The translations under genes were made by a program, and so were the position numbers. Source: Lepidodermella squamata (taxonomy: Eukaryota; Animalia; Gastrotricha). From it: DNA of 64,000 nt. Below, piece after piece: positions 1 to 12,900 of this stretch. Each line of letters starts with the position of its first letter. The first letter of the stretch is position 1. Under the pieces are notes generated by a model. That model was not told the DNA's origin. It made no database searches and worked only from the letters and a program-made list of their open reading frames with translations. The stretch covers positions 1 to 64,000 of the forward strand of contig JBLDXI010000011.1 of the NCBI GenBank assembly GCA_047495785.1, in the 5' to 3' direction.

Positions 1-3000
1 CGGTGGCGCACGATTCTGCATCGTGGCGCTACGTACAAGGGTCCAAAACTGCGATTTCAGCCGTTTTGGCTGGCAGCGAAATATCGGTCATCCGAAATGT
101 GCGCCAATCGCCTGCAAACGTGTTTGCGCATGCTGCCACTATCGAATGATGCCAGAATATGGCTGATTTACCGCGGTGGCGCACGATTCTGCATCGTGGC
201 GCTACGTACAAGGGTCCAAAACTGCGATTTCAGCCGTTTTGGCTGGCAGCGAAATATCGGTCATCCGAAATGTGCGCCAATCGCCTGCAAACGTGTTTGC
301 GCATGCTGCCACTATCGAATGATGCCAGAATATGGCTGATTTACCGCGGTGGCGCACGATTCTGCATCGTGGCGCTACGTACAAGGGTCCAAAACTGCGA
401 TTTCAGCCGTTTTGGCTGGCAGCGAAATATCGGTCATCCGAAATGTGCGCCAATCGCCTGCAAACGTGTTTGCGCATGCTGCCACTATCGAATGATGCCA
501 GAATATGGCTGATTTACCGCGGTGGCGCACGATTCTGCATCGTGGCGCTACGTACAAGGGTCCAAAACTGCGATTTCAGCCGTTTTGGCTGGCAGCGAAA
601 TATCGGTCATCCGAAATGTGCGCCAATCGCCTGCAAACGTGTTTGCGCATGCTGCCACTATCGAATGATGCCAGAATATGGCTGATTTACCGCGGTGGCG
701 CACGATTCTGCATCGTGGCGCTACGTACAAGGGTCCAAAACTGCGATTTCAGCCGTTTTGGCTGGCAGCGAAATATCGGTCATCCGAAATGTGCGCCAAT
801 CGCCTGCAAACGTGTTTGCGCATGCTGCCACTATCGAATGATGCCAGAATATGGCTGATTTACCGCGGTGGCGCACGATTCTGCATCGTGGCGCTACGTA
901 CAAGGGTCCAAAACTGCGATTTCAGCCGTTTTGGCTGGCAGCGAAATATCGGTCATCCGAAATGTGCGCCAATCGCCTGCAAACGTGTTTGCGCATGCTG
1001 CCACTATCGAATGATGCCAGAATATGGCTGATTTACCGCGGTGGCGCACGATTCTGCATCGTGGCGCTACGTACAAGGGTCCAAAACTGCGATTTCAGCC
1101 GTTTTGGCTGGCAGCGAAATATCGGTCATCCGAAATGTGCGCCAATCGCCTGCAAACGTGTTTGCGCATGCTGCCACTATCGAATGATGCCAGAATATGG
1201 CTGATTTACCGCGGTGGCGCACGATTCTGCATCGTGGCGCTACGTACAAGGGTCCAAAACTGCGATTTCAGCCGTTTTGGCTGGCAGCGAAATATCGGTC
1301 ATCCGAAATGTGCGCCAATCGCCTGCAAACGTGTTTGCGCATGCTGCCACTATCGAATGATGCCAGAATATGGCTGATTTACCGCGGTGGCGCACGATTC
1401 TGCATCGTGGCGCTACGTACAAGGGTCCAAAACTGCGATTTCAGCCGTTTTGGCTGGCAGCGAAATATCGGTCATCCGAAATGTGCGCCAATCGCCTGCA
1501 AACGTGTTTGCGCATGCTGCCACTATCGAATGATGCCAGAATATGGCTGATTTACCGCGGTGGCGCACGATTCTGCATCGTGGCGCTACGTACAAGGGTC
1601 CAAAACTGCGATTTCAGCCGTTTTGGCTGGCAGCGAAATATCGGTCATCCGAAATGTGCGCCAATCGCCTGCAAACGTGTTTGCGCATGCTGCCACTATC
1701 GAATGATGCCAGAATATGGCTGATTTACCGCGGTGGCGCACGATTCTGCATCGTGGCGCTACGTACAAGGGTCCAAAACTGCGATTTCAGCCGTTTTGGC
1801 TGGCAGCGAAATATCGGTCATCCGAAATGTGCGCCAATCGCCTGCAAACGTGTTTGCGCATGCTGCCACTATCGAATGATGCCAGAATATGGCTGATTTA
1901 CCGCGGTGGCGCACGATTCTGCATCGTGGCGCTACGTACAAGGGTCCAAAACTGCGATTTCAGCCGTTTTGGCTGGCAGCGAAATATCGGTCATCCGAAA
2001 TGTGCGCCAATCGCCTGCAAACGTGTTTGCGCATGCTGCCACTATCGAATGATGCCAGAATATGGCTGATTTACCGCGGTGGCGCACGATTCTGCATCGT
2101 GGCGCTACGTACAAGGGTCCAAAACTGCGATTTCAGCCGTTTTGGCTGGCAGCGAAATATCGGTCATCCGAAATGTGCGCCAATCGCCTGCAAACGTGTT
2201 TGCGCATGCTGCCACTATCGAATGATGCCAGAATATGGCTGATTTACCGCGGTGGCGCACGATTCTGCATCGTGGCGCTACGTACAAGGGTCCAAAACTG
2301 CGATTTCAGCCGTTTTGGCTGGCAGCGAAATATCGGTCATCCGAAATGTGCGCCAATCGCCTGCAAACGTGTTTGCGCATGCTGCCACTATCGAATGATG
2401 CCAGAATATGGCTGATTTACCGCGGTGGCGCACGATTCTGCATCGTGGCGCTACGTACAAGGGTCCAAAACTGCGATTTCAGCCGTTTTGGCTGGCAGCG
2501 AAATATCGGTCATCCGAAATGTGCGCCAATCGCCTGCAAACGTGTTTGCGCATGCTGCCACTATCGAATGATGCCAGAATATGGCTGATTTACCGCGGTG
2601 GCGCACGATTCTGCATCGTGGCGCTACGTACAAGGGTCCAAAACTGCGATTTCAGCCGTTTTGGCTGGCAGCGAAATATCGGTCATCCGAAATGTGCGCC
2701 AATCGCCTGCAAACGTGTTTGCGCATGCTGCCACTATCGAATGATGCCAGAATATGGCTGATTTACCGCGGTGGCGCACGATTCTGCATCGTGGCGCTAC
2801 GTACAAGGGTCCAAAACTGCGATTTCAGCCGTTTTGGCTGGCAGCGAAATATCGGTCATCCGAAATGTGCGCCAATCGCCTGCAAACGTGTTTGCGCATG
2901 CTGCCACTATCGAATGATGCCAGAATATGGCTGATTTACCGCGGTGGCGCACGATTCTGCATCGTGGCGCTACGTACAAGGGTCCAAAACTGCGATTTCA

Positions 3001-3957
3001 GCCGTTTTGGCTGGCAGCGAAATATCGGTCATCCGAAATGTGCGCCAATCGCCTGCAAACGTGTTTGCGCATGCTGCCACTATCGAATGATGCCAGAATA
3101 TGGCTGATTTACCGCGGTGGCGCACGATTCTGCATCGTGGCGCTACGTACAAGGGTCCAAAACTGCGATTTCAGCCGTTTTGGCTGGCAGCGAAATATCG
3201 GTCATCCGAAATGTGCGCCAATCGCCTGCAAACGTGTTTGCGCATGCTGCCACTATCGAATGATGCCAGAATATGGCTGATTTACCGCGGTGGCGCACGA
3301 TTCTGCATCGTGGCGCTACGTACAAGGGTCCAAAACTGCGATTTCAGCCGTTTTGGCTGGCAGCGAAATATCGGTCATCCGAAATGTGCGCCAATCGCCT
3401 GCAAACGTGTTTGCGCATGCTGCCACTATCGAATGATGCCAGAATATGGCTGATTTACCGCGGTGGCGCACGATTCTGCATCGTGGCGCTACGTACAAGG
3501 GTCCAAAACTGCGATTTCAGCCGTTTTGGCTGGCAGCGAAATATCGGTCATCCGAAATGTGCGCCAATCGCCTGCAAACGTGTTTGCGCATGCTGCCACT
3601 ATCGAATGATGCCAGAATATGGCTGATTTACCGCGGTGGCGCACGATTCTGCATCGTGGCGCTACGTACAAGGGTCCAAAACTGCGATTTCAGCCGTTTT
3701 GGCTGGCAGCGAAATATCGGTCATCCGAAATGTGCGCCAATCGCCTGCAAACGTGTTTGCGCATGCTGCCACTATCGAATGATGCCAGAATATGGCTGAT
3801 TTACCGCGGTGGCGCACGATTCTGCATCGTGGCGCTACGTACAAGGGTCCAAAACTGCGATTTCAGCCGTTTTGGCTGGCAGCGAAATATCGGTCATCCG
3901 AAATGTGCGCCAATCGCCTGCAAACGTGTTTGCGCATGCTGCCACTATCGAATGATG
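1..3957 (+). repeat. Invariant block of about 23 consensus monomers
   Basis: I saw no deviation from consensus. ORF translations on both strands are identical at exact 173-bp spacing. Confidence 0.9.
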
Positions 3958-3974
3958 ACACATCTCGTGAGAGT
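3958..3974 (+). other. Non-satellite 17-mer ACACATCTCGTGAGAGT, probable PacBio barcode bc1003 + T overhang (technical remnant)
   Basis: Replaces the CCAGAATATGGCTGAT part of one monomer and is unrelated to the monomer on either strand. It has no homopolymer runs, as expected for a designed barcode. The match to bc1003 (ACACATCTCGTGAGAG) is from memory and was not looked up. Confidence 0.88.
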
Positions 3975-6900
3975 TCACCGCGGTGGCGCACGATTCTGCA
4001 TCGTGGCGCTACGTACAAGGGTCCAAAACTGCGATTCCAGCCGTTTTGGCTGGCAGCGAAATATCGGTCATCCGAAATGTGCGCCAATCGCCTGCAAACG
4101 TGTTTGCGCATGCTGCCACTATCGAATGATGCCAGAATATGGCTGATTTACCGCGGTGGCGCACGATTCTGCATCGTGGCGCTACGTACAAGGGTCCAAA
4201 ACTGCGATTCAGCCGTTTTGGCTGGCAGCGAAATATCGGTCATCCGAAATGTGCGCCAATCGCCTGCAAACGTGTTTGCGCATGCTGCCACTATCGAATG
4301 ATGCCAGAATATAGCTGATTTACCGCGGTGGCGCACGATTCTGCAGCGTGGCGCTACGTACAAGGGTCCAAAACTGCGATTTCAGCCGTTTTGGCTGGCA
4401 GCGAAATATCGGTCATCCGAAATGTGCGCCAATCGCCTGCAAACGTGTTTGCGCATGCTGCCACTATCGAATGATGCCAGAATATGGCTGATTTACCGCG
4501 GTGGCGCACGATTCTGCATCGTGGCGCTACGTACAAGGGTCCAAAACTGCGATTCAGCCGTTTTGGCTGGCAGCGAAATATCGGTCATCCGAAATGTGCG
4601 CCAATCGCCTGCAAACGTGTTTGCGCATGCTGCCACTATCGAATGATGCCAGAATATAGCTGATTTACCGCGGTGGCGCACGATTCTGCAGCGTGGCGCT
4701 ACGTACAAGGGTCCAAAACTGCGATTTCAGCCGTTTTGGCTGGCAGCGAAATATCGGTCATCCGAAATGTGCGCCAATCGCCTGCAAACGTGTTTGCGCA
4801 TGCTGCCACTATCGAATGATGCCAGAATATGGCTGATTTACCGCGGTGGCGCACGATTCTGCATCGTGGCGCTACGTACAAGGGTCCAAACTGCGATTCC
4901 AGCCGTTTTGGCTGGCAGCGAAATATCGGTCATCCGAAATGTGCGCCAATCGCCTGCAAACGTGTTTGCGCATGCTGCCACTATCGAATGATGCCAGAAT
5001 ATAGGCTGATTTACCGCGGTGGCGCACGATTCTGCATCGTGGCGCTACGTACAAGGGTCCAAAACTGCGATTTCAGCCGTTTGGCTGGCAGCGAAATATC
5101 GGTCATCCGAAATGTGCGCCAATCGCCTGCAAACGTGTTTGCGCATGCTGCCACTATCGAATGATGCCAGAATATGGCTGATTTACCGCGGTGGCGCACG
5201 ATTCTGCATCGTGGCGCTACGTACAAGGGTCCAAAACTGCGATTCCAGCCGTTTTGGCTGGCAGCGAAATATCGGTCATCCGAAATGTGCGCCAATCGCC
5301 TGCAAACGTGTTTGCGCATGCTGCCACTATCGAATGATGCCAGAATATAGCTGATTTACCGCGGTGGCGCACGATTCTGCAGCGTGGCGCTACGTACAAG
5401 GGTCCAAAACTGCGATTTCAGCCGTTTTGGCTGGCAGCGAAATATCGGTCATCCGAAATGTGCGCCAATCGCCTGCAAACGTGTTTGCGCATGCTGCCAC
5501 TATCGAATGATGCCAGAATATGGCTGATTTACCGCGGTGGCGCACGATTCTGCATCGTGGCGCTACGTACAAGGGTCCAAAACTGCGATTCCAGCCGTTT
5601 TGGCTGGCAGCGAAATATCGGTCATCCGAAATGTGCGCCAATCGCCTGCAAACGTGTTTGCGCATGCTGCCACTATCGAATGATGCCAGAATATAGCTGA
5701 TTTACCGCGGTGGCGCACGATTCTGCAGCGTGGCGCTACGTACAAGGGTCCAAAACTGCGATTTCAGCCGTTTTGGCTGGCAGCGAAATATCGGTCATCC
5801 GAAATGTGCGCCAATCGCCTGCAAACGTGTTTGCGCATGCTGCCACTATCGAATGATGCCAGAATATAGCTGATTTACCGCGGTGGCGCACGATTCTGCA
5901 GCGTGGCGCTACGTACAAGGGTCCAAAACTGCGATTTCAGCCGTTTTGGCTGGCAGCGAAATATCGGTCATCCGAAATGTGCGCCAATCGCCTGCAAACG
6001 TGTTTGCGCATGCTGCCACTATCGAATGATGCCAGAATATGGCTGATTTACCGCGGTGGCGCACGATTCTGCATCGTGGCGCTACGTACAAGGGTCCAAA
6101 ACTGCGATTCAGCCGTTTTGGCTGGCAGCGAAATATCGGTCATCCGAAATGTGCGCCAATCGCCTGCAAACGTGTTTGCGCATGCTGCCACTATCGAATG
6201 ATGCCAGAATATGGCTGATTTACCGCGGTGGCGCACGATTCTGCATCGTGGCGCTACGTACAAGGGTCCAAAACTGCGATTTCAGCCGTTTTGGCTGGCA
6301 GCGAAATATCGGTCATCCGAAATGTGCGCCAATCGCCTGCAAACGTGTTTGCGCATGCTGCCACTATCGAATGATGCCGAAATATGGCTGATTTACCGCG
6401 GTGGCGCACGATTCTGCATCGTGACGCTACGTACAAGGGTCCAAAACTGCGATTTCAGCCGTTTTGGCTGGCAGCGAAATATCGGTCATCCGAAATGTGC
6501 GCCAATCGCCTGCAAACGTGTTTGCGCATGCTGCCACTATCGAATGATGCCAGAATATGGCTGATTTACCGCGGTGGCGCACGATTCTGCATCGTGGCGC
6601 TACGTACAAGGGTCCAAAACTGCGATTTCAGCCGTTTTGGCTGGCAGCGAAATATCGGTCATCCGAAATGTGCGCCAATCGCCTGCAAACGTGTTTGCGC
6701 ATGCTGCCACTATCGAATGATGCCAGAATATGGCTGATTTACCGCGGTGGCGCACGATTCTGCATCGTGGCGCTACGTACAAGGGTCCAAAACTGCGATT
6801 TCAGCCGTTTTGGCTGGCAGCGAAATATCGGTCATCCGAAATGTGCGCCAATCGCCTGCAAACGTGTTTGCGCATGCTGCCACCATCGAATGATGCCAGA

Positions 6901-9900
6901 ATATGGCTGATTTACCGCGGTGGCGCACGATTCTGCATCGTGGCGCTACGTACAAGGGTCCAAAACTGCGATTTCAGCCGTTTTGGCTGGCAGCGAAATA
7001 TCGGTCATCCGAAATGTGCGCCAATCGCCTGCAAACGTGTTTGCGCATGCTGCCACTATCGAATGATGCCAGAATATGGCTGATTTACCGCGGTGGCGCA
7101 CGATTCTGCATCGTGGCGCTACGTACAAGGGTCCAAAACTGCGATTTCAGCCGTTTTGGCTGGCAGCGAAATATCGGTCATCCGAAATGTGCGCCAATCG
7201 CCTGCAAACGTGTTTGCGCATGCTGCCACTATCGAATGATGCCAGAATATGGCTGATTTACCGCGGTGGCGCACGATTCTGCATCGTGGCGCTACGTACA
7301 AGGGTCCAAAACTGCGATTCCAGCCGTTTTGGCTGGCAGCGAAATATCGGTCATCCGAAATGTGCGCCAATCGCCTGCAAACGTGTTTGCGCATGCTGCC
7401 ACTATCGAATGATGCCAGAATATGGCTGATTTACCGCGGTGGCGCACGATTCTGCATCGTGGCGCTACGTACAAGGGTCCAAAACTGCGATTTCAGCCGT
7501 TTTGGCTGGCAGCGAAATATCGGTCATCCGAAATGTGCGCCAATCGCCTGCAAACGTGTTTGCGCATGCTGCCACTATCGAATGATGCCGAAATATGGCT
7601 GATTTACCGCGGTGGCGCACGATTCTGCATCGTGGCGCTACGTACAAGGGTCCGAAACTGCGATTTCAGCCGTTTTGGCTGGCAGCGAAATATCGGTCAT
7701 CCGAAATGTGCGCCAACCGCCTGCAAACGTGTTTGCGCATGCTGCCACTATCGAATGATGCCAGAATATGGCTGATTTACCGCGGTGGCGCACGATTCTG
7801 CATCGTGGCGCTACGTACAAGGGTCCAAAACTGCGATTCCAGCCGTTTTGGCTGGCAGCGAAATATCGGTCATCCGAAATGTGCGCCAATCGCCTGCAAA
7901 CGTGTTTGCGCATGCTGCCACTATCGAATGATGCCAGAATATGGCTGATTTACCGCGGTGGCGCACGATTCTGCATCGTGGCGCTACGTACAAGGGTCCA
8001 AAACTGCGATTTCAGCCGTTTTGGCTGGCAGCGAAATATCGGTCATCCGAAATGTGCGCCAATCGCCTGCAAACGTGTTTGCGCATGCTGTCACTATCGA
8101 ATGATGCCAGAATATGGCTGATTTACCGCGGTGGCGCACGATTCTGCATCGTGGCGCTACGTAGAAGAGTCCAAAACTGCGATTTCAGCCGTTTTGGCTG
8201 GCAGCGAAATATCGGTCATCCGAAATGTGCGCCAATCGCCTGCAAACGTGTTTGCGCATGCTGCCACTATCGAATGATGCCAGAATATGGCTGATTTACC
8301 GCGGTGGCGCACGATTCTGCAGCGTGGCGCTACGTACAAGGGTCCAAAACTGCGATTTCAGCCGTTTTGGCTGGCAGCGAAATATCGGTCATCCGAAATG
8401 TGCGCCAATCGCCTGCAAACGTGTTTGCGCATGCTGCCACTATCGAATGATGCCAGAATATGGCTGATTTACCGCGGTGGCGCACGATTCTGCATCGTGG
8501 CGCTACGTACAAGGGTCCAAAACTGCGATTCCAGCCGTTTTGGCTGGCAGCGAAATATCGGTCATCCGAAATGTGCGCCAATCGCCTGCAAACGTGTTTG
8601 CGCATGCTGCCACTATCGAATGATGCCAGAATATGGCTGATTTACCGCGGTGGCGCACGATTCTGCATCGTGGCGCTACGTACAAGAGTCCAAAACTGCG
8701 ATTCCAGCCGTTTTGGCTGGCAGCGAAATATCGGTCATCCGAAATGTGCGCCAATCGCCTGCAAACGTGTTTGCGCATGCTGCCACTATCGAATGATGCC
8801 GAAATATGGCTGATTTACCGCGGTGGCGCACGATTCTGCATCGTGGCGCTACGTACAAGGGTCCAAAACTGCGATTTCAGCCGTTTTGGCTGGCAGCGAA
8901 ATATCGGTCATCCGAAATGTGCGCCAATCGCCTGCAAACGTGTTTGCGCATGCTGCCACTATCGAATGATGCCGAAATATGGCTGATTTACCGCGGTGGC
9001 GCACGATTCTGCATCGTGGCGCTACGTACAAGGGTCCAAAACTGCGATTCCAGCCGTTTTGGCTGGCAGCGAAATATCGGTCATCCGAAATGTGCGCCAA
9101 TCGCCTGCAAACGTGTTTGCGCATGCTGCCACTATCGAATGATGCCAGAATATGGCTGATTTACCGCGGTGGCGCACGATTCTGCATCGTGGCGCTACGT
9201 ACAAGGGTCCAAAACTGCGATTCCAGCCGTTTTGGCTGGCAGCGAAATATCGGTCATCCGAAATGTGCGCCAATCGCCTGCAAACGTGTTTGCGCATGCT
9301 GCCACTATCGAATGATGCCAGAATATGGCTGATTTACCGCGGTGGCGCACGATTCTGCATCGTGGCGCTACGTACAAGGGTCCAAAACTGCGATTTCAGC
9401 CGTTTTGGCTGGCAGCGAAATATCGGTCATCCGAAATGTGCGCCAATCGCCTGCAAACGTGTTTGCGCATGCTGTCACTATCGAATGATGCCAGAATATG
9501 GCTGATTTACCGCGGTGGCGCACGATTCTGCATCGTGGCGCTACGTAGAAGAGTCCAAAACTGCGATTTCAGCCGTTTTGGCTGGCAGCGAAATATCGGT
9601 CATCCGAAATGTGCGCCAATCGCCTGCAAACGTGTTTGCGCATGCTGCCACTATCGAATGATGCCAGAATATGGCTGATTTACCGCGGTGGCGCACGATT
9701 CTGCATCGTGGCGCTACGTACAAGGGTCCAAAACTGCGATTTCAGCCGTTTTGGCTGGCAGCGAAATATCGGTCATCCGAAATGTGCGCCAATCGCCTGC
9801 AAACGTGTTTGCGCATGCTGCCACTATCGAATGATGCCAGAATATGGCTGATTTACCGCGGTGGCGCACGATTCTGCATCGTGGCGCTACGTACAAGGGT

Positions 9901-12900
9901 CCAAAACTGCGATTCCAGCCGTTTTGGCTGGCAGCGAAATATCGGTCATCCGAAATGTGCGCCAATCGCCTGCAAACGTGTTTGCGCATGCTGCCACTAT
10001 CGAATGATGCCAGAATATGGCTGATTTACCGCGGTGGCGCACGATTCTGCATCGTGGCGCTACGTACAAGGGTCCAAAACTGCGATTTCAGCCGTTTTGG
10101 CTGGCAGCGAAATATCGGTCATCCGAAATGTGCGCCAATCGCCTGCAAACGTGTTTGCGCATGCTGCCACTATCGAATGATGCCGAAATATGGCTGATTT
10201 ACCGCGGTGGCGCACGATTCTGCATCGTGGCGCTACGTACAAGGGTCCAAAACTGCGATTCCAGCCGTTTTGGCTGGCAGCGAAATATCGGTCATCCGAA
10301 ATGTGCGCCAATCGCCTGCAAACGTGTTTGCGCATGCTGCCACTATCGAATGATGCCAGAATATGGCTGATTTACCGCGGTGGCGCACGATTCTGCATCG
10401 TGGCGCTACGTACAAGGGTCCAAAACTGCGATTCCAGCCGTTTTGGCTGGCAGCGAAATATCGGTCATCCGAAATGTGCGCCAATCGCCTGCAAACGTGT
10501 TTGCGCATGCTGCCACTATCGAATGATGCCAGAATATGGCTGATTTACCGCGGTGGCGCACGATTCTGCATCGTGGCGCTACGTACAAGGGTCCAAAACT
10601 GCGATTTCAGCCGTTTTGGCTGGCAGCGAAATATCGGTCATCCGAAATGTGCGCCAATCGCCTGCAAACGTGTTTGCGCATGCTGCCACTATCGAATGAT
10701 GCCGAAATATGGCTGATTTACCGCGGTGGCGCACGATTCTGCATCGTGGCGCTACGTACAAGGGTCCAAAACTGCGATTCCAGCCGTTTTGGCTGGCAGC
10801 GAAATATCGGTCATCCGAAATGTGCGCCAATCGCCTGCAAACGTGTTTGCGCATGCTGCCACTATCGAATGATGCCAGAATATAGCTGATTTACCGCGGT
10901 GGCGCACGATTCTGCAGCGTGGCGCTACGTACAAGGGTCCAAAACTGCGATTTCAGCCGTTTTGGCTGGCAGCGAAATATCGGTCATCCGAAATGTGCGC
11001 CAATCGCCTGCAAACGTGTTTGCGCATGCTGTCACTATCGAATGATGCCAGAATATGGCTGATTTACCGCGGTGGCGCACGATTCTGCATCGTGGCGCTA
11101 CGTAGAAGAGTCCAAAACTGCGATTTCAGCCGTTTTGGCTGGCAGCGAAATATCGGTCATCCGAAATGTGGGCCAATCGCCTGCAAACGTGTTTGCGCAT
11201 GCTGCCACTATCGAATGATGCCAGAATATGGCTGATTTACCGCGGTGGCGCACGATTCTGCATCGTGGCGCTACGTACAAGGGTCCAAAACTGCGATTCC
11301 AGCCGTTTTGGCTGGCAGCGAAATATCGGTCATCCGAAATGTGCGCCAATCGCCTGCAAACGTGTTTGCGCATGCTGCCACTATCGAATGATGCCGAAAT
11401 ATGGCTGATTTACCGCGGTGGCGCACGATTCTGCATCGTGGCGCTACGTACAAGGGTCCAAAACTGCGATTTCAGCCGTTTTGGCTGGCAGCGAAATATC
11501 GGTCATCCGAAATGTGCGCCAATCGCCTGCAAACGTGTTTGCGCATGCTGCCACTATCGAATGATGCCGAAATATGGCTGATTTACCGCGGTGGCGCACG
11601 ATTCTGCATCGTGGCGCTACGTAGAAGAGTCCAAAACTGCGATTCCAGCCGTTTTGGCTGGCAGCGAAATATCGGTCATCCGAAATGTGCGCCAATCGCC
11701 TGCAAACGTGTTTGCGCATGCTGCCACTATCGAATGATGCCGAAATATGGCTGATTTACCGCGGTGGCGCACGATTCTGCATCGTGGCGCTACGTAGAAG
11801 AGTCCAAAACTGCGATTCCAGCCGTTTTGGCTGGCAGCGAAATATCGGTCATCCGAAATGTGCGCCAATCGCCTGCAAACGTGTTTGCGCATGCTGCCAC
11901 TATCGAATGATGCCAGAATATAGCTGATTTACCGCGGTGGCGCACGATTCTGCAGCGTGGCGCTACGTACAAGGGTCCAAAACTGCGATTTCAGCCGTTT
12001 TGGCTGGCAGCGAAATATCGGTCATCCGAAATGTGCGCCAATCGCCTGCAAACGTGTTTGCGCATGCTGTCACTATCGAATGATGCCAGAATATGGCTGA
12101 TTTACCGCGGTGGCGCACGATTCTGCATCGTGGCGCTACGTACAAGTGTCCAAAACTGCGATTTCAGCCGTTTTGGCTGGCAGCGAAATATCGGTCATCC
12201 GAAATGTGCGCCAATCGCCTGCAAACGTGTTTGCGCATGCTGCCACTATCGAATGATGCCGAAATATGGCTGATTTACCGCGGTGGCGCACGATTCTGCA
12301 TCGTGGCGCTACGTAGAAGAGTCCAAAACTGCGATTCCAGCCGTTTTGGCTGGCAGCGAAATATCGGTCATCCGAAATGTGGGCCAATCGCCTGCAAACG
12401 TGTTTGCGCATGCTGCCACTATCGAATGATGCCGAAATATGGCTGATTTACCGCGGTGGCGCACGATTCTGCATCGTGGCGCTACGTACAAGGGTCCAAA
12501 ACTGCGATTTCAGCCGTTTTGGCTGGCAGCGAAATATCGGTCATCCGAAATGTGCGCCAATCGCCTGCAAACGTGTTTGCGCATGCTGCCACTATCGAAT
12601 GATGCCGAAATATGGCTGATTTACCGCGGTGGCGCACGATTCTGCATCGTGGCGCTACGTACAAGGGTCCAAAACTGCGATTCCAGCCGTTTTGGCTGGC
12701 AGCGAAATATCGGTCATCCGAAATGTGCGCCAATCGCCTGCAAACGTGTTTGCGCATGCTGCCACTATCGAATGATGCCGAAATATGGCTGATTTACCGC
12801 GGTGGCGCACGATTCTGCATCGTGGCGCTACGTACAAGGGTCCAAAACTGCGATTTCAGCCGTTTTGGCTGGCAGCGAAATATCGGTCATCCGAAATGTG

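Noticed and set aside
76-98. CENP-B box, or identity with primate alpha satellite
   Set aside because: The closest match on the minus strand (TTCGGATGACCGATA) has TTCG and the A but lacks the CGGG of the TTCGnnnnAnnCGGG core. The monomer is GC-rich and does not resemble alpha satellite beyond its length.
1-173. Tandem 5S rRNA, tRNA, spliced-leader or hammerhead-ribozyme repeat
   Set aside because: I saw no GTTCRA T-loop or cloverleaf, no recognisable 5S sequence, and no complete hammerhead core (CTGATTT here rather than CTGANGA). An Rfam search would be the definitive test.
159-512. Repeated 117-aa (MADLPRW...) and 60-aa (MYVAPRC...) ORFs as protein-coding genes
   Set aside because: 173 is not a multiple of 3, so the 117-aa ORF reads the same DNA in two frames and overlaps its own copies. 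I recognise no domain. Variants freely create stops (AGAAGAGT monomers, 35195) and remove the ATG (TATAGCT).
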